A stretch of DNA of 53,168 nucleotides from the NCBI GenBank assembly GCA_011109175.1, contig RDEW01000008.1, forward strand, positions 1,209,892-1,263,059. The letters run 5' to 3'. Positions 1-11,986 of this stretch are shown piece by piece (position 1 is the first letter of the stretch; every line of letters starts with the position of its first letter). The notes under the pieces are model-generated. The model did no database searches and was not told the origin of the DNA. It saw only the letters and a list, made by a program, of their open reading frames with translations. The stretch is from Dicyema japonicum (Eukaryota > Animalia > Dicyemida). A program made the translations under genes and the position numbers.

Positions 1-200
1 TACCAAATATTAAAAATAATCAAGTGGAGAGATTTGCGACAGTAATGAAACGTGTTACTGAAAACTTTTGGACTCGTACCATGAAAAAACGTTCTTCACG
101 CATGACACTATGGTTCTCCTTCTCTTGGTGCTGCTATAACTATTTATGTCAAAACCTCTACATAAAAATTAGATTTACTATTTGGAGAGTCGCATAGTGT

Positions 201-627
201 TGTCTTGATATTGAAAATCAATATTAGTGAATAGTTATCGTTTCAGGTTTACATTTATATCTGAGTTTCTTCGACCATAAATAGTAATAGTTTTTAAGAT
301 TGCCCCCAAATTATGTAAAAAAGAGTCAAATCATCGTGCCCAAAGAACTTCTGCTTTCACATCGAGTCTTGAGTTTAAGGAAAGCAAAAGATCTCGATTT
401 TCTATTATCGAANTGTCTTGATATTGAAAATCAATATTAGTGAATAGTTATCGTTTCAGGTTTACATTTATATCTGAGTTTCTTCGACCATAAATAGTAA
501 TAGTTTTTAAGATTGACCCCCAAATTATGTAAAAAAGAGTCAAATCATCGTCCCAAAAGAACCTCTGCTTACACGTCGAGTCTTGACTTTAAGGCAAGCA
601 AAAGATCTCGAATTTTCCATTATCGAA
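201..627. repeat. ~212-bp tandem duplication across a single N (probable uncollapsed haplotype/contig overlap)
   Basis: 201-412 and 414-627 are near-identical and separated by the N at 413. Confidence 0.85.
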
Positions 628-892
628 AAAAAAGACTGGTTCCACACTGAACTGTTTATATCAAAAAAATTACCCTTAGTATTTTGGTGTCCTCAAAGGC
701 CGCATCGTGATAGAACCTTCAACCTGAATGGAGAAAAGCAAGATTAGATCCCGGAAGCATATGTCACTTATTATACATCATTCTAATTTCTCTCTGCTTC
801 TTAATTTAGGTCAATTTCAGTTCTATTGAACTTTCGTTATATTATCTATTTCAAAGATTTTCATATTTACCTAACATAAACTCTAATGCATT

Positions 893-1204
893 ACCGTCAC
901 AACATACCGTAAAATCTCCAGACTAGGCAGAGAATCTTAATTGCTTGGAAGACCACAAACAGGGTAGCAGAGGTTAAAACCTTTTCTTTATGTCAGGTAA
1001 GATTAAAGTTTTGAAAACTGGGAGGTTCAAATAGAGGAAAATATATTATAAATTGTTACTGTAATTTTNCCGTCACAACATACCGTAAAATCTCCAGACT
1101 AGGCAGGAATTGCGAATTACTTGAAAGACCACAAACAGGGTCGCAGAGGTTAAAACCTTTTCTTTATGTCACAGATAAGATTAAAGTTTTGAAAACTGGG
1201 AAGT
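893..1204. repeat. ~135-bp duplication next to a single N (probable assembly overlap)
   Basis: ccgtcacaacataccgtaaaatctccagactaggcag... at ~894 recurs directly after the N at 1069. Confidence 0.8.
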
Positions 1205-1739
1205 TTTTTTTTGTATCTTCCCTATGAAAAAATTTTCTACTCTGTCAATAATTTACCACCCCCATAATAACTGTAGGTATAACTAATTAGTAATTTATAC
1301 AAAAATACCGTTGACTTTGGTGGAGATCTACCAGATACTCTATTTTTGAGATTCTTTAAACAAGAGCAACTCTGATATCTCATCGTTAGCGATACTAAAA
1401 TTATTACGCTTCTTCCATATCTGATTATCTCTGTTCAATACAATCTCCATGAAAAAAACGATCGCATTTACTATTTCGTTTAATTTTATAAATTATTAGT
1501 ATTAAAATATTTATATTTTCATTTAGTTCTACCGATAAATTATTGTGACCAATTTGTATCTGCGTTAAATAAAATGGATAAATATCGCATGTTGCCATTT
1601 TTGTTTTAAAAATTCATAAATGCATAATATTTCTTAGCATGGCTATTGCATCATCAATTGCAGAGACTATATTATGAGTTTTTTTAGATATTTTTTTAAT
1701 TTCTAAGACAATTTATTATAGCCAAAAGGAACAGTTAAC

Positions 1740-2480
1740 AACTGTTGGCTGTTTTCATAATAAAGAACACATTTCCTATGACGATTTTCAAGGAAAAGCG
1801 CTCCTTTCTTTCCGACCATTCTTCATGTTCGCGATGAGCGAACCTATTCTGTTTAACAGGGTCAGTGACCTGCTTTCAATGATTCCTGTCGTCACGACTG
1901 TCACTGGTTCGAAAATATTTTGTCCAACGATACATGCGTATTTTTTTTATCTTTAGGGTCTCAGCCTTCTCCGAAGCAGAGCCTGGTTTAGTTGAAGTCG
2001 TTGCAAAATTGGAAGGAGAGAGGCTATAGACACAGGTGGCGTCGTAGGCAATGTATTTATCACTTTCCCATGGGAAGAGAGTGGTATCGTCCGGTCTTCG
2101 GTTGGTTTAAGCAAGTCCAAGCGGCTCCAATTAGACAGGAAATTCAACACCTTCAAGTCCCCAAACTATAACTCCATTGATTGCAGCGTGTCTAGGACTC
2201 CTTGCAACACTCTTCCGACAGGAAAGAACGTGAAGACCTTTTGCGTCGACTATTCCTCTACATCTACACCGATGGATCGTGCAAATATCCATTCCGAGGC
2301 TGACGGAAACCCCAATCTTCGAACCAATTACTGGAAAATATTGAGGATGGACAAGAACAACCCTTAAATGACCTGTCTAAAATAAAAATGATACTGTTAT
2401 CATCTGTAGATTTGGAGAGTCTTGGTGGGANTGCTATCCTCTGAAGATAAGAGAGTCTTGGTGGGAAGACACATAAAAAA
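1740..2480 (-). mobile_element. CRE-clade non-LTR retrotransposon, degraded 3' part (CCHC knuckle + restriction-like endonuclease)
   Basis: Minus-strand translation through stops: ..GLHVLSCRKSVARSPRHAAINGVI..LEPLGLA*TNRRPDDTTLFPWESDKYIAYDATCV..KKYACI. It is homologous to the CRE piece at 31030-31630. Confidence 0.8.
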
Positions 2481-2995
2481 GGGGCACAGAAGAAGTTAAT
2501 TAATTGGATCCGCGAAAGACGGCAAAAAAAATATTGCTGATTAAATTTTCTCGAACAATGCATTTAACAATTATAATTGGCTCAACATGCCTCTTATGTA
2601 ACTTTTTATTCCAGGGATCCTTTGGACTAATTCTGAGAAAATCGCGATTACACGGAAAAAAGCATGCAGAATGACGGAACAGTGGATTTCTGGAATTTAG
2701 CGGAATTGTTAATTTGCTTTGTGCTTTTGGCAATAAATTGATATTTGTTACTATTATTGATTATTAAGCCAGATGTATCATTTTGAAATTGTAAATGTCA
2801 CAAGTGACGAGAATAGTAATATGCTTTAAAATTTGTTATTTCTTCTTAAAGGATTAAAAACTCAAATATTAGTTAACCAGGGTTTGGTCGTCAACTATAA
2901 TACAAAAACGAGAGAATTATCAGAGCTAAATTGCCATCAAAATATTATTCCTGAAAGGACATACTCAACAACTTCAATTAAAGAAACTAAAAAAA

Positions 2996-3180
2996 TTACC
3001 CACGTGGTCTGATCTAGCTAAATAAAATACATGTGGTTAATCAAAATAAATCGGGTTACATATATAATGATGAAATTTATTTTTAAAAAATTACCCACGT
3101 GGTCTGATCTAGCTAAATAAAATACATGTGGTTAATCAAAATAAATCGGGTTACATATATAATGATGAAATTTATTTTTT
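2996..3180. repeat. Perfect 95-bp direct tandem duplication
   Basis: ttacccacgtggtctgatctagc...gaaatttatttt starts at 2996 and again at 3091, with no N between. Confidence 0.9.
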
Positions 3181-3432
3181 TAGGGTACACAGTTCCACAT
3201 ATGTTGCCCCTTTAGGACTGGCATACTTGTTTAGACCTTAGCTCCTCTAGGAGCAAGATAATGAGACTTTGAGTTTTACCAATTTTTGATGATAACGCCT
3301 GTCAAGCTGAAGCTCTTATTCCCAAAGGGGCAAAAGGCTGACTTACTAAAGCTCATTTAAACGGTAATTAAAGATTTGCTTATAAAATTAGATCCATAAT
3401 TGGATACTAACTATTTTTATGTATTTATATTT

Positions 3433-3830
3433 TTGGTCGCGTGGCGGCATGTGGAGCTATGTGGCTAATTTGTCATAAAGTATTTTCCTTCCGATCGTGT
3501 CATTGGATCCACCTTACTGAGGAGACGCCCAATACCTGGCCGGCATCAAGAGAATCCACCTATTTTTTCCCCGGGGACAATGTCGTTACCTGTAGAGAAT
3601 TTCTGGAACGAGTCAGGATCAAGCAGTTAGTTAGTTTGGTTACCCTTNGTTTGTCATAAATTATTTTCCTTCCGATGGTGTCACTGGATCCACCTTACTG
3701 AAGAGACGCCCAATACCTGGCCGGCATCAAAAGAATCCACCTATTTTTTCCTCGGGGACAATGTCGTTACCTGTAGAGAATTTCTGGAACGAGTCAGTAT
3801 CAAGCAGTTAGTTAGTTTGATTACCCTTGG
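3433..3830 (+). mobile_element. 5' end/UTR of an Ingi-like LINE family (hairpin + candidate HDV-like fold), internally duplicated across N at 3648
   Basis: Shares GCGTGG..CATGTGG / GTGGCTAATT and GATCCACC..CGCCCA..CC.GGCCGGCA with 15531-15750 and with the 5' end of the 2A/APE LINE at 21165. Confidence 0.6.
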
Positions 3831-4199
3831 TCTTTAGAATAAATTTTATATTATTTTTTTATTCATAAACACACGTAGTATCCTCACACCGAAGGTTTTT
3901 CTTCCTAGAATGGAAAAATTGTGTTTTTCCAAGGGGTCCAAACAAACCGATGAACATTGTAGTCCAACGTAGAGGGAGGGGGCTTTGAGGGGTCCAAGAA
4001 AGCTGTTATAAGCGGATAAACGCGTAAGATTTTACATAACAAGAAAATCAAATAATCCAGATGATAGGATGGAATGGATGTTTCCACAAACATTATCAGA
4101 GAAATTCTTTGCTTAGGTCACNTATGTTTTTATGTATTTGTTTTGATAAATATGCTTAGAAGTTAAATTTATTAATTTATAAATCTAGCGTGATTCCAC

Positions 4200-4350
4200 T
4201 AGAAAAACGTGAGAAACTAAAAAGCCACGACGTACGGAAGATTTGATGGTTTATCCAATTGAACTCTGTTGTGATCGCTAGAGGCAATTCAACATCAATT
4301 GTCGGCAGGGACCGCTTTTGGTTGATTTTTGTGTTTTGTTTTTTAATAAA
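4200..4350 (+). mobile_element. CRE-clade retrotransposon extreme 3' end
   Basis: WFIQLNSVVIARGNSTSIVG matches the CRE C-terminal Q..S..I.RGN motif. The 3' UTR ttgatttttgtgtttt is shared with ~22345. Confidence 0.6.
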
Positions 4351-4417
4351 CTGTATTCTAACTTAAAAATTTCTACACATTTTTTGTAAAATCCAATATA
4401 ACTAAAATTTCTTTTAT

Positions 4418-7400
4418 TACAGTAAGAGTCGATTAATATGTAAATCGTTCTGTTCACCTGAAATGGACAGCAGCGAAATATAAAGTTACTTTAACTAAAA
4501 AAGAATGTAAATCGTCGCTGCCAAAAAAAACAATACTGAACCGAAAGAATACACAACTTCGGTCATCCTTTCCTTACAGACCTTCAAGGAAGCAAGATAT
4601 TTGTGAATCGTCACTTCCAATTATCATTAGAATGGGACTCACGTGCTTATAACCTGGAGTTCAATCATCTCTGGATGAAAGAAAAATACGAAATATTTTT
4701 TGGACCATCAGAGCTCAACGTCAAAGTGAAGAATCTTTGAAAATGAAATGACTTAACGCGCTTCCGAATGATCGCCAGCTTCTTTGATTGTTAAAGGTTT
4801 TAAGTTAACGATAGAATTCATAAGCTCTGTCCCCCATTTTCTGCTTTTATTTAATGGATGAGTACAGCATCTCCTTGAATTATTGTTTCAGTTTCTAAAT
4901 TAATGAGTACTACAGTTTTAAGCTTTGTACTCGTGTTGTTATTAGTTGTAGGTTTGATTCCCACGTTACATACTTGACCAAAGGATTTCTTACTATTCTG
5001 TATTTTCTTCGAGTCCGAAAAGGTATCATGTGATACACCTATCTTGGAGACACCTAATATTTTGACCGATATCCAAAAAGGAACAATATCTTCCCTACTC
5101 CACTGAAAGGTTCTACAAAAGACACAATTTGCCAATAAACAACTTCGCTGAGGATTTCATTTGTAGGTGGTCTTCCTACAATCCAGACCATCCGAGTCTG
5201 GAGGACCTGTCGGAGAATCTATTAATGNNNNNNNNNNNNNNNNNNNNNNNNNNNNNNNNNNNNNNNNNNNNNNNNNNNNNNNNNNNNNNNNNNNNNNGAT
5301 TTCATTTGTAGGTGGTCTTCATACAATCCAGACCATCCGAGTCTGGAGGACCTGTTGGAGAATCTGTTAATGGTTGCTTTCTTTGATCGGGATTTGATGA
5401 ACACCTAAAAATTATTTAATCAGAGAATTATCTTAGAGCGTAAGGTGAACTATTACCACAATTGGATTAAAACTGATCTCTGCAATATCGAGGATTAGTC
5501 GACCTTGGGTGGCTCTATGGAACAAGCGTCTATATCACCTCACAAAAATATTATTAAGGCACTTTCACGAAAGCCATATTATTTATAGTCCCGCATGTGC
5601 AACACTCAAAGAAACAATATTTAACGTTAATCTCTTCCATTTTCCTCTGTCGAATGCAAGTAATCTTCATTCGTCCAGGTCGTCCCCCGTCTTTAGTTTT
5701 TTTCTCACATGGTTTAGATCTTTGTTTAAGGCAGTCGGCAGTGTCGTTATAGTCGTCCACGGAAGGGTTTGTCGCAACCTCACAAAGGTCTATGCAGATT
5801 AATCTCCTCAATGTACGATCTGAAGAAACATTGATAATAAACATCGAAATTTTTCTATAACTGGTATCCCCATTCGAGTATGAAGATGTCATAGAGAATC
5901 GGCATCAAAGGATCCTCATGAAGTGGGAGCTTTATAATTCTAAATGGGGGTTCATTTTAAAGTATATTTAGCCAACGGTAACTAAATATAAATCAGTCAC
6001 AAGAGCACCTTGTTATGGAATCATTATTATTCAAGAATAAATGCTCTGATGCTTGCTTATGCTGTGTATCCCCAAAACTGAGAGNAAGGGCATGCTCAAA
6101 GGGCATTTTTGGTCACAGTAAGATTCGATTAATATGTAAATCGTTCTGTTCACCTGAAATGGACAGCAGCGAAATATGAAGTTACTTAAACTAAAAAAGA
6201 ATGTAAATCGTCGCTGCCAAAAAACAATACTGAACCGAAAGAATACACGACTTCGATCATCCTTTCCTTACATACCCTCAAGGAAGCAAGATACTTGTGA
6301 ATTGTCACTTCCAATAATCATTAGAATGGGACTCACGTGCCTATAACCTGGAGTTCAATCATCTCTGGATGGATGAAAAAACGAGATATTTTTTGGACCA
6401 CCAGAGCTCAACGTCAAAGAAGAATCTCTAAAAACAAAATGACTTAGCGACGAAATTCCGAATGGTCGCCAGCTTCTTTGATTGTTAGAGGTTTCGAGTT
6501 AACGATTGAATTCATGACCTCTGTCCCCCATTTCCTGCTTTTATTTAATGGATGAGTACAGCATCTCCTTGAATTATTGTTCCAGTTTCTAAATTAATGA
6601 GTACTACAGTTTTAAGCGTTGTACTCGTGTTGTTGTAAGTTTGATTCCCACGTTACATACTTGACCAAAGGATTTCTTACTATTCTGTATTTTCTTCGAG
6701 TCCGAAAAGGTATCATGTGATCCACCTGTCTTGGAGACACCTAATATTTTGACCGATATCCAAAAAAGAGCACTATATTCCCTACTCCATTAAAAGGTTC
6801 TATAAAAGACACAATTTGCCAATAAACAACTCTGCTGAAGATTTCATTTGTAGGTGGTCTTCATACAATCCAGACCATCCGAGTCAGGAGGACCTGTTGG
6901 AGAATCTATTAATGGTTGCTTTCTTTGATCGGGATTTGATGAAAACCTAAAAATTATTTAATCAGAGAATTATCTTAGAGCGTATTGTGAACTATTACCA
7001 CAATTTGATTAAGACTGATCTCTGCAATATCGAGGATTAGTCGACGTTAGGTAGCTCTATGGAACAAACGTCTATATCACCTCACAAAAGGCACTTTCAC
7101 GAAAGCCATAATATTTATAGCCCTGCATGTGCAACACTCAAAGAAACAATATTTTAGCGTTAATCTCTTCCATTTTCCATGGTTTAGATCTTTGTTTAAG
7201 GCAGTCGGCAGTGTCGTTCTAGTCGTCCACTGAATGGTTTGTCGCAACCTCACAAAGGTCTATGCAAATTAATCTCCTCAATTTACGATCTGAAGAAACC
7301 TTGATAATAAACATCGAAATTTTTCTATAACTGGTATCCCCATTCGAGTATGAGGATGTCATAGAGAATCGGCATCAAAGGATCCTCATGAAGTGGGAGC

Positions 7401-7570
7401 TTTATAATTATGGACGGGGGTTCATTTCAAAGTATATTTAGCCAACGAGAACTAAATATAAATCAGTCGTAACTAAAGATAAATCAGTCACAAGAGCACT
7501 TTGTTATGGGATGATTATTATTCACGAATATATGCTCTGATGCTTGCTTCTGCTGTAAACCCTCGAAACT
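4418..7570 (+). repeat. ~1.5-kb unit present twice (4418-6060 and 6112-7570) containing a pogo/Tigger-like DDE transposase remnant
   Basis: The two copies align on either side of the N at 6085. FFDRDLM..RIIL..HNLIKTDLCNIE..MEQ..RHFHESH resembles the pogo DDE C-terminal region, and a ~45-nt stretch also occurs in the pogo remnant at ~44975-45020 (minus). Confidence 0.6.
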
Positions 7571-7960
7571 GAGAGGAGATGAAACGCTCACTGTTTCAGA
7601 GAAATATTAAAGTCACCAGTAAGATTTAACTTTTGGAGAGTTTTCTGATCTGTAAGAATTGAAAGTAAAAATCTTGTAGCTCAGAATATTGAGACAAGAA
7701 CTAAACTGAGCTTTTATTTGAAATCGCCAAGAAAGAATTTTTCCAGGGAGNAATATTAAAGTCGCCAGTGAGATTTAACTTTTGGAGAGTTTTCTAATCT
7801 GTATGAATTGAGAGTAAGAATCTTGTAGCTCAGAATATCGAGAAAAGAACCAAACCGAGCTTTTATTTGAAATCGGCAGGAAAGAAGTTTTCCAGGGAAC
7901 TGCCAATTGCGTCATTGTCCCTAATTTTAGCCTATGATGGTTCACCACCTTTGCTTGAAC
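7560..7960 (-). mobile_element. LINE AP-endonuclease remnant, duplicated across N at 7751
   Basis: Minus strand KTLQKLNLTGDFNI (GDFN motif). 7604-7750 repeats as 7752-7899. Confidence 0.5.
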
Positions 7961-8469
7961 AACAACGAAAATTAGAGAAAGCTTTTGGATAATAAATATT
8001 TTTGATTAAAAAGCATATGAATTTTTTACTTTAATGACAACACTCGCCGTAATTATCGGCGAAGATGAAACATTTGGTGTCTCATTAACTGACTCTGTCA
8101 ACCTCACTTCAAACTCTTAATTATCAACTAAACTAACTTCACAGAGATTAGATAATAATGCCGAGTTTACATCAACAAGAACTATATAGGCAGTTTTCAT
8201 TAGAATTTTGTGTTCTTATTGCGATCAGTCATAACTTGACCTATAAGTTATGTTAATATACATTTGTTATACCATACATCTTTTGTTCGACTCCCTACAC
8301 AGGAAAACATAAATAATATCTTCATTACTTACGTCGGAGACATCCTCCTTCGGACATGACCATCATGCAACATCACCTGGGTCGACAACAAGATTAGTTT
8401 CAAAACAGACAAATTAAAAACCTTACTCTTCACCTCGGACAAGAGATAATCAACATATGTGACATATTA

Positions 8470-8660
8470 AACCCTACTTTCCGAAGCTTATCCTGGGTCA
8501 GTTGCTGTCGTTGAAAGGTTGGAGGAAAAAAGACTGCCGACATTGCCGGCTATTTACCACTCTCCCATGGGAAGAAGTGGTTCCGTCCGGTCTTTGGTTG
8601 GCTTTAGCAAGTCCAACGGCTCCAATTGGACAGGAAATCAGGCAGTTCAAGCTGGTTGTT
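8470..8660 (-). mobile_element. CRE restriction-like endonuclease fragment
   Basis: Nucleotide homology to 1965-2155. Reads ..GLAKANQRPDGTT..PWESGK with frameshifts. Confidence 0.7.
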
Positions 8661-8829
8661 GTGGTGTTAAGTAAAAAAAAGAGAGAAGATAAAAGAAACG
8701 AAAAATCAGAAAGAAGAAATTGGAAACTGCTATAGAAGATGAGGACGTAATTAACCGTGTTTCCAGAACATCTCTTCCCTGCCTAATCTGTGGCATAGCA
8801 AACGAAAGGAAATTCGGCATTTAATGTTC

Positions 8830-10860
8830 CCTTTGCCTCAATTTTGGACACCTTGGGTGCTATAAGCTAACAAGAAGGACCGCACAATCTCTGCCAAACT
8901 GGTCATGCCCCCATGCCTCGGGAATACCGGCAGAAGGAGAAAGCCTTCCCCTGGACCTATCCTGGATCTATCTAACACGAATGAATGCTTACGCCGTTTG
9001 AATCGTCTTGTGTCAGAGAGGATTATCCCACTCAGGATCCTAAGGTCGGCACCTCTAACAGCTGCCTCTTGTTTTTCAAAGCTAATCACCAGGCCAGTCG
9101 ATACAATATTCAAGATGCTTGGATACACCTTCTCTGCTTTGCACCTCTTGTCCTCGGATCACATCCAACCGAATAAAAAGAAAGGAACCTCAATTTAATC
9201 ATCAAGAAAAGTGCCTCTATATACGAGACAGTTAAACATAAGCGAAGAAGTGAATAAGAAAGTCATGGTTGGATACATTCGGAGTGCCCTGCATACGCTC
9301 TCCAGCAATGACAAAGTTCTTTCAACAACTAAAGAATCTCTTGTGCTTATCACTCAAAAACATCCACCCGCCCCGTCGGATCTACGTAAGACTGAAATTG
9401 GGAATGATACCCCAAATTTGACAACCACTACAGATGATATACGATCGGCTATTTCATTTTTCCTAGGAAGCAGCAGTGCTGGCTTGGAAGGCATACGTCC
9501 AAGCCACATGAAAGATCTTATTTCTTCCACTACCGCCGGAATGGGGAACTCCCTCATTAACTTAATAAAGACCCTCACAGATCGCATTTTTCGGGCCGAT
9601 ATCTCCGACTATGCCAGAGAACTCCTTTTTGCTTCAAAACTGATTGCCTTCAGAAAGCCTTGTGGTGGGTTAAGACCAATCGCTATAGGCAAAATATTCA
9701 GGCGGCTGACAGCAAAGATTGTTGCCAGAGCAGCGAGCAAGACTCTAAGTCCTCAACTGTGCCCTACTCAACTGGGGGTTAGAATTCCTCATGGATGCGA
9801 GGCAGTAATACACTCAATCAGGAACTTTGCTACCAGTCCGCCAGACACTACAAATACTATAATAGTCAAACTATATAGATATACGAATGCTTTCAATAGC
9901 ATTCGCAGAACAGAATCATAGAAGCTAGCATCTCCAGGATCCAAGAAATCAGCAGGATGGTGAAACTTGCAACAGCTCCCCATGTATCCTGATATTCAAA
10001 TCCAGAACATCGAATTCAAGACCAGAGTTCAAAAAAGTGATTCTCTTGGCTTCCTGCTCTTCGCCTTGGATATCGACTGTGCAGCATCGACGATTTGAAC
10101 TCTATTAAACCTATGGTACCTGGACGACGTGACCGTCGGAGGTAATTGGGAACTTGTGGTGGCGTGAGTCGAGTCTGTCATCTCTGCGGTTAGAATCGAA
10201 CCCGTATAAATGTGAAATTATAAACGTTGCTTGCGGATAAGAAGACTTCTGCCGTGTTGTGGCTGCTATTTCTGCACACCTCCGCGATGTCTCGGTTACC
10301 CAACTTGAAAATGTAATTTTTCTTGGCTCTCCCCTACACTGCAATAATGTGTAATCCTCCTGGAGGAAAAAATACATAACTCCAACAATTCACTTAAATT
10401 TACAAACCCTGGACTCCAACATGGCTCTGTTTTTACTCAGGAATTTCCACCTAACACCTCTCCTTTTTCTTTTACGGAAAGCCCCATGTTTCACGGACAT
10501 GAACTTTTTAAGAGCCATCGACGAAAAGCTGAGGACTGCCGCTGAAGAAACGCTCAACATTTACTTTGATAAAACTGGCTGAATCCAATGCAAACTACCT
10601 CTTCGCTACGGAGGAATCGGAATACCCTCACCACTAGAACTCGCCCTCCCACCTTCCTTACTTCGACAAATGCTTCCAGTGGTTCCACACACCAAATCCC
10701 ACGTTACATTAACAGGACGGACGCTAATGCAGTTGTAAGCATGGCGAGAGCTTTGATGCGAAAATGGAAAAATGATCTTCCAGTCCCCATGGTCAATCTT
10801 TTCGAGGCTCGATCCGAAAAGGAAAACCAAATGACTCTATCCCACGTTTAATGTTTTAGG
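8830..10860 (+). mobile_element. CRE-clade non-LTR retrotransposon, degraded RT ORF
   Basis: ORF 9211-9921 has GLRPIAIGKIFRRLTAK and QLGVRIPHGCEAVIH. WYLDD lies at 10114-10128, followed by LLRKAPCF..LPLRYGGIGI. Confidence 0.9.
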
Positions 10861-11339
10861 TTCAGGACGACGTGTCTGTGGAATTTTCAAGCACTTCTTA
10901 AAAGAAAAAAAATCCCTAACCTATCAAGGGTTCAGGACCAATCAAACTCCAGAGTAATTAACCGTTTGCAGAATGCGCTTTCAGTAACGAGAAATATAAG
11001 TCTCTGTGTCTAATGTAATTTAGGAATTAGCCGATTGGCAAAGAATTCTTTATTATTATCTAACTCCGAAAAAGGAATCACTAAGAATGAAGGGGTAAAC
11101 CCATCTAATAAGTGATCTCGGAAGACCTCAACAAGATAAAAATGTTTAAGTATTATAAACGAAAAATTAAAAAATAAAAATCAATAAAATTGACTTAATT
11201 GACCTAAAAAATTAAATTTAGACTTTATAACATTTGATTTATATTATAGAAGTGGGAAATACATATCAAGATTGAAGTAGAAAAATGTCACATGTAAGAC
11301 CTTCCGCAAGTGAGCTTTCGCTTTTATACGATTGTCAAA

Positions 11340-11900
11340 TAAAAATTGACCTGGATAGAGTTGTCTATATGGATCAACTATTTGTTAAAGGAGCAACGAG
11401 AGAAAACTTTTGATCAGACATGTCACAGTAAGAGAAGTGAGCCACATATTTATTCAACCCACAATACAATCTTTGATAAGCCCGGCACAAGCGGTTATAA
11501 CTTATTAATCCGAGAAAGAAACCTATGGGAGAACTGCTTGTGCAGCTAAAATCCATCCTCCATCCCTAATCGTCCATTACATGATTCCGAATAGATATGG
11601 AGAAGTAGGTCGCCATCTTACATTTTTATCACACGACCTACTGACGTGCGCATCACTTCACTTTTAAGTGAAAAAAGTTTTCATAATGGAAATCTCAACC
11701 AGTGGAGTTAATCAGATAGAAGGTAGGAAGATCCCCGTATAAGAATGACACATCTCCTTACGAATGGGATCGGTTTGACGAGAATTGACCTTAACTAAAA
11801 ATTCCATCTTTCGGATCAGAACCCAAGATAGTCAGATCTAAGCTTTGTTTAAATCGATAGACGAGAATGTATATTGAATCCTTTGAATGGTTATCAATCT
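11340..11900 (+). mobile_element. Possible Gypsy-type RT remnant (second copy at ~17640-18200)
   Basis: VVYMDQLFVKGATREN resembles the YMDD region of LTR RTs. Heavily interrupted by stops. Confidence 0.3.
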
Positions 11901-11986
11901 GATGGAAATATTGAATAACAGTGTCTATAGATAGTAGGTTTTAACACATTTCCCAATGAAAACACTTCCTTTAACAAAAAATATAA

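Noticed and set aside
2676-3012. Micro-intron gene using 22-nt (2747-2768) and 36-nt GT-AG segments
   Set aside because: The phase at the 22-nt candidate leads to an immediate stop, and no consistent frame or start was found.
3515-3560. Hammerhead ribozyme (CTGAGGA/CTGAAGA ... CGAAA in a related copy)
   Set aside because: Stem II would have only one pair and no stem I/III with an NUH site can be built. The HDV-like pairing explains the sequence better.
4418-7570. Alternative genetic code to explain the many in-frame stops
   Set aside because: The spliced host genes and the intact RT translate cleanly with the standard code. The stops differ between copies and look like decay.
8035-8190. Second proteasome-like start (MTTLAVIIG..)
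   Set aside because: The frame closes after ~28 codons and no micro-intron rescues a plausible protein.
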